From positions 1 to 9,758 of IMG/VR virus record IMGVR_UViG_2663762948_000006: DNA of 9,758 nt; one strand, written 5' to 3'. Under the pieces are notes generated by a model that worked only from the letters and a program-made list of their open reading frames with translations, was not told where the DNA came from and did not search any database. The position numbers and the translations under genes are program-made. Positions 1 through 6,882 of the stretch are shown here, one piece after another (positions within the stretch are counted from its first letter, which is position 1; each line of letters begins with the position of its first letter). This DNA is from a virus (Duplodnaviria; Heunggongvirae; Uroviricota; Caudoviricetes).

Positions 1-219
1 TTACATCCACATAATTTGCTGCCCTGATGGCAACGGGTGCGGCCTTACGGCGTGGACTTCTCCCGGCTTCACGATGTATCGCTGTACCGACTCATAAGTG
101 ATGAACGTGGCGCTGCAATTCACGTTCTGGCACTGATGATAACGCTCTTTTGTCGTGTCAGTGATATAGCGGCTTGTACGCGCATGTGCGGCATGCTGGC
201 ATAAAGGACAATGAAACAT
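1..219 (-). CDS. ogr: Ogr late-gene transcriptional activator (zinc-finger, P2 Ogr / P4 Delta family), 72 aa
   Basis: Translation from ATG at 217-219 gives MFHCPLCQHAAHARTSRYITDTTKERYHQCQNVNC..., with the CxxC...CxxxxC zinc-finger spacing and the 72-aa length of P2 Ogr. The 93-aa ORF in the track begins at an upstream TTG (280-282) and is probably an over-extension. SD-like GGAAGAGG lies about 8 nt upstream of the ATG on the minus strand. Confidence 0.9.
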   Translation of the reverse strand: MFHCPLCQHAAHARTSRYITDTTKERYHQCQNVNCSATFITYESVQRYIVKPGEVHAVRPHPLPSGQQIMWM

Positions 220-253
220 CGCGAGCACCTCTTCCGGTTTTGTTGATGGTGCC

Positions 254-282
254 ATTTTAGTTAATTTATCCTTACAAAACAA
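254..282 (-). promoter_or_regulatory. Putative sigma70 promoter for ogr (-35 TTGTTT, 17-bp spacer, -10 TAAAAT, read on minus strand)
   Basis: By eye: reverse complement of 277-282 is TTGTTT and of 254-259 is TAAAAT, 17 bp apart, about 35 nt upstream of the ogr ATG. No experimental support. Confidence 0.3.
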
Positions 283-300
283 ACAGATAAAACAAAAACA

Positions 301-1464
301 TCACTCATCATCTTCTGTTTCGTACTCCACATCAGAAAGCCTGACCTCAAGCTCTAAGGACGTCGTGAAGCCGCTATTATTCAGAAAATGTGTCACCTTA
401 GTGATTGTCCAGTCCTGCTCGTCTATGACGCGCTTAAAGCCAGACACTTTGACCGGTGTTTCCGTGTAAATATCTGCCCGACCGGTAGCCAGGCTGATGG
501 AGAACTCCGCAACGCCCCGTTGCAGTTTATCCCACTTCGCCTGAGCGGCGCGCATGGCCTGCGCTTTCGTGGCATATACCGTGGTCAGGGCAAAAACGTT
601 GTCAGCCTCACCGGCCATGTATTCACCTTCACGCGCTTCCGGTACTTTAGGCGCTTTCTTCTGCCTGACCGGTTTCGCTTTCGGGTGCTCCAGTGCGCGC
701 AGGTGTTTCTCTTTCTTTTTGCGTTTCAGTTTTACCTTCTGCTTTTGCGGCTTCGGGTCTTTAGTGTGTAGCCATTTTGCCGTTACACCGGTGTAGGCTC
801 CACGGTCAGCAATCGCAAAATGATGGCGGTCGCCGTCGCTGCGGGTTATGGTGACCTGCGGGATTTTTTTACCGCTGGCCGTCACTCCCTGCCCCGCTTT
901 GAGAAACAACAGTTTTCCCATTTTTACCGACACCTCACCGCCGTTGCGTTCTGCAAGACGGGTCAGGAATTTCGCATCAGACTCCTGCGACTGGTCGATG
1001 TGTGGAATTTTTATTCCGGCCAGTGACGGAGCGACACTGGCTTCCAGCCTGTTACGGGTGGCTATCGCCTTAACAATCGCACCGAGCGTGGTGTCATGCC
1101 AGGAGCCTTCCCGGCGGGAATTGAGCGTCCCGCGAAAATCTGCACTCCGGGCGCGGATGGTGACTACATCCGGTGCGCCCCGGTGTTCAACCTCATCAAC
1201 GGTAAATTTCCCTTTGCATACCAGGGCAAAACCTTTCCAGCCGATATACACCGTCAGGACAGCGCCACGAACCGGCAGCCCGACCTGCCCGTCGGCATCG
1301 TTCAGTTCAATATCAAGCTGGTCAGCCTCAAAGCCCCGGTTATCCGTCAGGGTCATGCTCATCAGACGGTCGCTGATATTGCCGGTAATATCCCTGCTGT
1401 CGAGCATCAGCATGTAATCCGGCGTCAGCGTACTGCCTGCATCAAATGTCAGCGCATCCAGCAT
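301..1464 (-). CDS. D: P2-type tail protein gpD (late control gene D), 387 aa
   Basis: 387-aa ORF, the length of P2 gpD, lying directly upstream of ogr as in P2 (T-U-D-ogr). The start ATG (1462-1464) overlaps the stop of the upstream gene as TAATG on the minus strand. Contains a Lys-rich basic segment. Confidence 0.88.
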   Translation of the reverse strand: MLDALTFDAGSTLTPDYMLMLDSRDITGNISDRLMSMTLTDNRGFEADQLDIELNDADGQVGLPVRGAVLTVYIGWKGFALVCKGKFTVDEVEHRGAPDVVTIRARSADFRGTLNSRREGSWHDTTLGAIVKAIATRNRLEASVAPSLAGIKIPHIDQSQESDAKFLTRLAERNGGEVSVKMGKLLFLKAGQGVTASGKKIPQVTITRSDGDRHHFAIADRGAYTGVTAKWLHTKDPKPQKQKVKLKRKKKEKHLRALEHPKAKPVRQKKAPKVPEAREGEYMAGEADNVFALTTVYATKAQAMRAAQAKWDKLQRGVAEFSISLATGRADIYTETPVKVSGFKRVIDEQDWTITKVTHFLNNSGFTTSLELEVRLSDVEYETEDDE

Positions 1465-1943
1465 TATCCCGCCCCCGTCATACCTGTGAATCTGGTCGCC
1501 ATACTGCCGGCCTTACCGATGAGCGATTCCGCCTGTTTACCGATATCGCCATAAAGCGCGGCCAGTGATTCATCAACGCGGGTGAGTGACAGCGTAAAAT
1601 CAATTTTCCGGGGTGTGCCGTCTGCAAAGAAAATACTCCCTGTTTCACTCACCCTGCTGATGACATACATGCCGTAAATCATGCCGGTGCCATCCAGCAA
1701 CGGCCACGCCCGCCCCTCCTCTGCCATCAGCCTGAGCGTGGTCATCGTCAGCTTGCCGCCGGTCAGTTCGGGATAAAGCACACCGGCCAGCGTGATGTTT
1801 TCCTCACCCACACCGAGAAACTGAAAGGCATCCCGTTTACCGATACGGGAATTTGACGGCCAGCGATAATCTGATTCACGCTGCATGGTCTGGTGTGGCA
1901 GCGTCTGGCGCATAAAAACAAACATACCTAACGCGAGCATCAT
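1464..1943 (-). CDS. U: P2-type tail protein gpU, 159 aa
   Basis: 159-aa ORF, the length of P2 gpU, between the T remnant and D on the same strand; its stop overlaps the D start. Confidence 0.85.
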   Translation of the reverse strand: MMLALGMFVFMRQTLPHQTMQRESDYRWPSNSRIGKRDAFQFLGVGEENITLAGVLYPELTGGKLTMTTLRLMAEEGRAWPLLDGTGMIYGMYVISRVSETGSIFFADGTPRKIDFTLSLTRVDESLAALYGDIGKQAESLIGKAGSMATRFTGMTGAG

Positions 1944-1957
1944 TTTTCGTCACCTCC

Positions 1958-2743
1958 TTAACCGTCATGCATCATGCTGGCACGGGCGCGCACACGTTTA
2001 TCCCGCTCGTATTTTTCGAGCGCATCCTGTAACTGGCGGTCAAGCTGTGTCCCCGGCGCAGTCCCCCCCGTCAGGCTGATGTGATATTCGTTTTTACTCT
2101 GGTCTACATAAGAGCGGCCAGCCGGTGCCGTGACCGGCTGATAAGCCTGATAGCCTGCATAAGAGCTGGTCGCCGGAATATAGTCACCGGTACCATACGT
2201 GGCGGTATGAGTTCTGGCGGCGGTCTGGTCAAGTGTGTCTGACTCTTTGTTGATAACACCGAGTTTTTCCAGTACCCAGTCAATACCACTGCGCAGTTTG
2301 TTGAACGCATTAAGCGGCAGCATCAACGCGTCAGCCAGTGCCTGCCCGAACATGACGCCCGTGTCACGGCAACGGTTCAGGGTGTCCTGGGTGGCTTTGA
2401 CCGGGGCAATCAGGTTTTTAAACCACTGCCACGCGGCCTGTAACTTTTCGCCCAGCCAGTCAAAAACCGGTTTAAGTGGCGTGAACAGTTCCCCCACCGG
2501 CGCAAATGCCGCTTTCAGCCCTTCAACCACACCACCAAAGAATGCGCTGACAGGCTCCCAGTATTTACGGATAAGCAACGCACCGGCGACAATGGCAGCC
2601 ACCACGGCCACAACCGGCCAGCTAATCGCCCCGATGGCCGTCATAACGGCACTGCCAACCGTCGTGAAGATTGCCCCCATTGCGCCTGCTGCCGCGATGA
2701 TGGCATTGATGCCGGTGATACCCATTCTGGTCGGGTGAACTGT
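1958..2743 (-). pseudogene. T: Tape-measure protein gpT, 3'-terminal remnant (about 255-261 codons of roughly 815); 5' part deleted
   Basis: The ORF ends 14 nt upstream of U as in P2 (T then U). The translation has a long Ala/Gly/Ile-rich hydrophobic segment and a C-terminal region typical of tape-measure proteins. The frame is closed by an in-frame stop at 2744-2746, so only the C-terminal third is present. First ATG is at 2723-2725. Confidence 0.8.
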
Positions 2744-3615
2744 TCAACCGGGGACGCGCCAGCGCCGCCGAACGCGTGGAAATCGACGTCAGTCATAACG
2801 CCCTTGCCGGAGGTCTTCTCTGTGCGGACGGCCAGTGGCGGCAGATTGTCACCATTGAGGACGCACTGAAAGGCGGCTGCACGCTGTTCGACATTGAGCA
2901 GCTCAAACGCGAAAACAGCGCCGACGATTTTAAAAACCTGTTCATGTGTGAATTTGTTGACGACAAGGCGTCGGTATTCCCGTTCGAGGAGCTGCAACGC
3001 TGCATGGTCGACACGCTGGAAGAATGGGAAGACTATGCGCCGTTTGCCGCCAATCCGTTCGGCTCCCGCCCGGTATGGATTGGTTACGACCCGTCACACC
3101 GTGGCGACAGCGCCGGATGCGTGGTGCTGGCACCGCCGGTGGTGGCCGGTGGCAAATTCAGAATACTTGAGCGTCACCAGTGGAAAGGCATGGACTTTGC
3201 CACCCAGGCGGAATCCATCCGCAAACTCACCAAAAAATATAACGTCGAATACATCGGTATTGATGCCACCGGCCTCGGTGTCGGCGTGTTCCAGCTCGTG
3301 CGCTCGTTCTATCCCGCCGCGCGCGACATCCGCTACACACCGGAAATGAAAACCGCAATGGTGCTCAAGGCAAAAGACGTTATCCGCCGTGGCTGTCTGG
3401 AATATGACGTCAGCGCCACCGACATCACCAGCTCGTTTATGGCTATCCGCAAGACCATGACCAGCAGCGGACGCAGCGCCACCTATGAGGCCAGCCGCAG
3501 CGAGGAAGCCAGCCACGCCGACCTCGCCTGGGCGACCATGCACGCTCTGTTAAATGAGCCACTCACCGCCGGTATCAGCACCCCGCTGACATCCACCATT
3601 CTGGAGTTTTACTGA
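2719..3615 (+). pseudogene. P: Terminase large subunit gpP, 3'-terminal remnant (nuclease-domain half); 5' half deleted
   Basis: The frame is open only from 2719 (in-frame stop at 2716-2718) and its first start codon is GTG at 2776. The translation carries terminase nuclease-domain-like motifs (WIGYDPSHRGDSAG, EYIGIDATGLGVG). Its stop overlaps the Q start (TGATG at 3613-3617), matching the P-Q order of P2. P2 gpP is about 590 aa; only about 280-300 codons remain. Confidence 0.8.
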
Positions 3616-4649
3616 TGAGCAAGAAAAAAGGGAAAACACCGCAACCTGCGGCAAAAAAAATGACCGCCAGCGCCCCGAAAATGGAGGCATTCACCTTTGG
3701 CGAACCGGTGCCGGTACTCGACCGCCGTGACATTCTGGATTACGTCGAATGCATCAGTAACGGCAGATGGTATGAGCCACCGGTCAGCTTTACCGGTCTG
3801 GCAAAAAGCCTGCGTGCTGCCGTGCATCACAGCTCCCCGATTTACGTCAAACGTAATATTCTGGCTTCAACGTTTATCCCGCATCCGTGGCTTTCCCAGC
3901 AGGATTTCAGCCGCTTTGTGCTGGATTTTCTGGTGTTCGGTAATGCGTTTCTGGAAAAGCGTTACAGCACCACCGGTAAGGTCATCAGACTGGAAACCTC
4001 ACCGGCAAAATATACCCGCCGTGGCGTGGAGGAGGATGTTTACTGGTGGGTGCCGTCCTTCAACGAGCCGACAGCCTTCGCGCCCGGCTCCGTGTTTCAC
4101 CTGCTGGAGCCGGATATTAATCAGGAGCTGTACGGCCTGCCGGAATATCTCAGCGCCCTTAACTCTGCCTGGCTGAATGAGTCGGCCACGCTGTTCCGCC
4201 GCAAGTATTACGAAAACGGCGCTCATGCCGGATATATCATGTACGTCACCGATGCCGTGCAGGATCGCAACGATATCGAAATGCTTCGCGAAAACATGGT
4301 CAAGTCGAAAGGCCGCAACAACTTTAAAAATCTGTTTCTCTATGCCCCACAGGGGAAAGCCGACGGTATTAAAATTATCCCCCTCAGTGAAGTGGCAACG
4401 AAGGACGATTTTTTTAATATCAAAAAAGCCAGCGCCGCTGACCTGCTGGACGCACACCGCATCCCCTTTCAGTTGATGGGCGGCAAGCCGGAGAACGTCG
4501 GATCGCTGGGTGATATTGAAAAAGTGGCAAAGGTCTTTGTCCGCAATGAGCTTATCCCGCTACAGGACAGAATTCGGGAAATAAACGGCTGGCTCGGCCA
4601 GGAGGTCATCCGCTTTAAAAACTATTCACTGGAGACTGACAACGGCTGA
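3615..4649 (+). CDS. Q: Portal (capsid vertex) protein gpQ, 344 aa
   Basis: 344-aa ORF, the length of P2 gpQ, immediately next to cos as in P2. GGAG lies 8 nt upstream of the ATG. Translationally coupled to the P remnant. Confidence 0.9.
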   Translation: MSKKKGKTPQPAAKKMTASAPKMEAFTFGEPVPVLDRRDILDYVECISNGRWYEPPVSFTGLAKSLRAAVHHSSPIYVKRNILASTFIPHPWLSQQDFSRFVLDFLVFGNAFLEKRYSTTGKVIRLETSPAKYTRRGVEEDVYWWVPSFNEPTAFAPGSVFHLLEPDINQELYGLPEYLSALNSAWLNESATLFRRKYYENGAHAGYIMYVTDAVQDRNDIEMLRENMVKSKGRNNFKNLFLYAPQGKADGIKIIPLSEVATKDDFFNIKKASAADLLDAHRIPFQLMGGKPENVGSLGDIEKVAKVFVRNELIPLQDRIREINGWLGQEVIRFKNYSLETDNG

Positions 4650-4654
4650 ACATC

Positions 4655-4676
4655 GCCGCCTGCGGGCGGCTTTTTT
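4655..4676 (+). terminator. Rho-independent terminator downstream of Q
   Basis: GCCGCC (4655-4660), loop TGCG, GGCGGC (4665-4670), followed by TTTTTT (4671-4676), starting 6 nt after the Q stop codon. Confidence 0.55.
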
Positions 4677-4818
4677 ACACCCCGCCATCACGCCCTCACA
4701 CGCTCATCACCGCACAAAAAATCCCGCAGACACACCAACGCCTCAACGGGCAGACTAAGCGCCGTCACGACGCGCTCAGACGCTGAAAAAATAAAATCAG
4801 CACCACCGCCAGCGCGCA

Positions 4819-4837
4819 GTGCTTTCCCCGCCTCGCC
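4819..4837. other. P2/P4-type cos site (19-nt cohesive-end sequence)
   Basis: Plus strand 4819-4837 is gtgctttccccgcctcgcc, whose reverse complement GGCGAGGCGGGGAAAGCAC is the 19-nt P2 cohesive end as I recall it. The flanking sequence toward Q also matches my recollection of the P2 left end. Confidence 0.72.
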
Positions 4838-5000
4838 CGCCCGCTTCATGGAGCGCTTTTAATGCAGTTGCAATAACACATCAAAACATCGTCAATACAG
4901 GCGATTATAAACAATAAAAAACGATCGCTGCCGCATGCAAAATCATGCACTAAATGCATGTATTGAAGGGAAATTAGGAACGTGCTCGTTTGGGTCTAAA

Positions 5001-5897
5001 CTATGATTTCGACACAACTATTTTCCCCAAATCAAAACTAAATTCGACATCCCCATTTACGATATTTTCATTTGTCACATGCTCATCAAAAAGGTCACTA
5101 ACATCATACCCCGACTGAAACACTGGGCTCATGATAGCCACGTCGGTGAATGGCTCTTTTTCATGTGTTATATAATATTGACCATAAACATTTGCAGATT
5201 CATCTGCATCATTAAGACTAAGGACTGTTTTTGCTTTGACTTCAGGCATCAGAGAAAAATCAATATTATTCAACAAACACAGTAAGATGCCTGCTATTGC
5301 TCTCCTGTTATTATCAAGCGGCATCAAGTCCACCCCTGGAATCTCCTTCCGAAGCAATATTTTCAGCTCATTAAATAAAGAGTCGAACTTAATTGCGTCA
5401 GAACAATTGAGTAACGACAAAGCTTCATTAATCATTCGCCCTTCATTGGAACCAATTTCTGATGTTAACTTACAAACACCATCATTAACAATATACGATT
5501 TTTTGTTATTAAGCTTCTTCCTCGCTGTAATTACCTGCCCCCCCTTTAAGTTTAACTTCTCCTTTAAAAACTCATCACTGAACATTCTTAATTGCAGTCT
5601 GATTAATGTAGGTAAGTATTTCGGGTATTCATTTAACTCTGGTTTAACAGCATGCTTGTCGCGTCCAAATTTTAAACTTAATAACAAATGATTCCTCAGC
5701 ATGATATCCTTTATCTCGCCTTGATCTCTCCGATGATTATGGGCAACAAAACTCCCAATTTCAAAAATACACTTGGGCGCACTCGGCAACTCACGGGCCG
5801 TAACAAAAAGAACATCAATATCACTATCAGTGAAACTCCCATCCTTTAATCTTCTCAACACTCTCTCTATTCTTGAGATTGCTTTACTTTTATTCAT
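5001..5897 (-). CDS. Hypothetical protein, 298 aa; low-GC cargo gene in the P2 tin/old hotspot position; function unknown
   Basis: Long uninterrupted ORF with an ATG start (5895-5897) in a visibly AT-rich block that contrasts with the surrounding P2 backbone. Lys/Asn/Ile-rich composition. I see no Walker A, HNH, HExxH or other recognisable catalytic motif. It lies between cos and the replication gene, where P2 carries tin and old. Confidence 0.7.
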   Translation of the reverse strand: MNKSKAISRIERVLRRLKDGSFTDSDIDVLFVTARELPSAPKCIFEIGSFVAHNHRRDQGEIKDIMLRNHLLLSLKFGRDKHAVKPELNEYPKYLPTLIRLQLRMFSDEFLKEKLNLKGGQVITARKKLNNKKSYIVNDGVCKLTSEIGSNEGRMINEALSLLNCSDAIKFDSLFNELKILLRKEIPGVDLMPLDNNRRAIAGILLCLLNNIDFSLMPEVKAKTVLSLNDADESANVYGQYYITHEKEPFTDVAIMSPVFQSGYDVSDLFDEHVTNENIVNGDVEFSFDLGKIVVSKS

Positions 5898-6177
5898 GAC
5901 ATTCTTTCAACCTTAATCAATATTTAATTTAAACAAACCATTCTCATACGCCAACCATACCTGTGACACCTGACAAACCAAATAAAAACAAAGGTACAGC
6001 GGATATTGGTATGTACAGCTATATTACACATAAACTCATGTTAGTAACATAAGATCTTCTTGTGAATATTTGTAATTTATTAGTTCACCAACATTAATCT
6101 TTCCAACCGTTATAAATCCAATCATATGCTGATACTCAAATGACGGCCAACTACCACCTCGCGCTGTTCGTTGTTCC

Positions 6178-6220
6178 CTCCAGCAGCACTGGAAGCATGT
6201 TTCAGTACTGCTGGGGTTTT
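6178..6220. terminator. Stem-loop (about 12-14 bp stem, one mismatch) followed by a T-run on the plus strand; possible bidirectional terminator
   Basis: CCAGCAGCACTG (6180-6191) pairs with CAGTACTGCTGG (6203-6214) around an 11-nt loop, then GGTTTT (6215-6220). It sits immediately after the stop of orf67 (6224) on the minus strand, but the U-tract is on the plus-strand side. Confidence 0.3.
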
Positions 6221-6223
6221 CTA

Positions 6224-6427
6224 TCAACAACGTGGTAGCAGTGCAATTTTAGACTGTTCTATATCGTTAAACCGCACGTAATTATCCCGGACTATTTCGG
6301 CACACCCGACCAACTCGTCGGGCGTCAGATTTTCGTTGACCATAATCTGCTGTAGACGGTGAACAATAGCCATCAGCTTGATATTTTTAGTGTTATGTTG
6401 CGGTATCTCGCCTGGTATTCTGTGCAT
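6224..6427 (-). CDS. Hypothetical small protein, 67 aa (from ATG at 6425-6427)
   Basis: The ATG overlaps the TAA stop of the upstream DUF3850-like gene (TAATG on minus strand), suggesting translational coupling. No recognisable motif. The track ORF (6224..6439) starts at an upstream GTG. Confidence 0.35.
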   Translation of the reverse strand: MHRIPGEIPQHNTKNIKLMAIVHRLQQIMVNENLTPDELVGCAEIVRDNYVRFNDIEQSKIALLPRC

Positions 6428-6882
6428 TATCCAAGCCACCCGTTTTGCTTTGCACGCTCAATCTGTTCATCTGAATAGTTCCATGCTCCATCCGTGGCAA
6501 CCATTGCCCCGCCAGACATCCCCGTCTCTGGTTCATACATAACAGCAAGGCCGAGCTGATGCATAATTTCATGATTAATTCTGAATACCAGACCACGCTC
6601 ACTAAGTTCTTTCCAGTTCACAATCTCATATGCGCCTGTATTAAGCTGCTCAATACTTAGCAAGACATAATCTTCCAGCCAGTCTGACAGGTCAGTAACA
6701 TCTGTTATCCGGGCTTCAACCTTTCGCCCCGTATACACACCCTGCACCCATTCATGCAAAATCAACGTGTCCCCGCGCTCATAATTACGGTCATTTTTCC
6801 GAAACTCTGCGCGTTTCTTTCCTTCCAGCACAAGGTCGAAATATTTTGCGTGCAGCTTTACCTCGTGAATTTTTGCCATCAT
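6427..6882 (-). CDS. DUF3850/ASCH-like (PUA-fold) domain protein with a C-terminal HExxH motif, about 151 aa
   Basis: The N-terminal region (KIHEVKLHAKYFDLVLEGKKRAEFRKNDRNYERGDTLILHEW...YTGR) resembles the DUF3850/ASCH-like family as I recall it. The C-terminal part contains HEIMH (6559-6573), an HExxH zinc-binding-like motif. The likely start is the ATGATG at 6877-6882, which overlaps the TGA stop of A (6879-6881); the track ORF extends 11 codons further upstream into A. Confidence 0.65.
   Translation of the reverse strand: MMAKIHEVKLHAKYFDLVLEGKKRAEFRKNDRNYERGDTLILHEWVQGVYTGRKVEARITDVTDLSDWLEDYVLLSIEQLNTGAYEIVNWKELSERGLVFRINHEIMHQLGLAVMYEPETGMSGGAMVATDGAWNYSDEQIERAKQNGWLG

Noticed and set aside
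1-282. Extended 93-aa version of the ogr ORF
   Set aside because: The extension begins at a TTG with no SD, whereas the ATG at 217-219 has an SD and gives the 72-aa length expected for Ogr.
520-640. Lys/Pro-rich low-complexity stretch in gpD (KPKPQKQKVKLKRKKKEKH...) as a possible repeat element
   Set aside because: It is a coding low-complexity basic segment within gpD, not a DNA repeat or CRISPR-like array.
388-1554. Plus-strand ORFs (388..771, 554..796, 820..1026, 848..1417, 1096..1554) lying inside gene D
   Set aside because: They are antisense or alternative-frame overlaps of a well-supported 387-aa gpD gene, with no independent support; typical spurious ORFs in GC-balanced coding sequence.
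1885-2738. ORFs 1885..2079(+), 2104..2310(-) and 2235..2738(+) overlapping the U and T remnant region
   Set aside because: Antisense or alternative-frame to the T/U coding frames; low-complexity translations.
2641-2997. 118-aa minus-strand ORF spanning the T'/P' deletion junction
   Set aside because: It runs antisense to the P remnant and out of frame with the T remnant, so it is most likely a chance ORF created at the junction. It would only matter if junction transcription were demonstrated.
2793-4476. Multiple overlapping ORFs (2793..3014-, 2894..3349+, 2942..3133-, 3094..3543-, 3609..3830-, 3697..4176+, 3999..4457-, 4177..4476+) within P' and Q
   Set aside because: Alternative-frame or antisense ORFs inside genes whose main frames show clear terminase and portal homology.
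5079-5691. Plus-strand ORFs 5079..5285 and 5236..5691 inside the 298-aa cargo gene
   Set aside because: Antisense to the longer ORF in an AT-rich region where stop-free stretches arise easily; low-complexity translations.
6036-6230. 64-aa minus-strand ORF between orf67 and the cargo gene
   Set aside because: It starts with TTG, has no SD, and overlaps the predicted stem-loop; more likely an untranslated intergenic or regulatory region.
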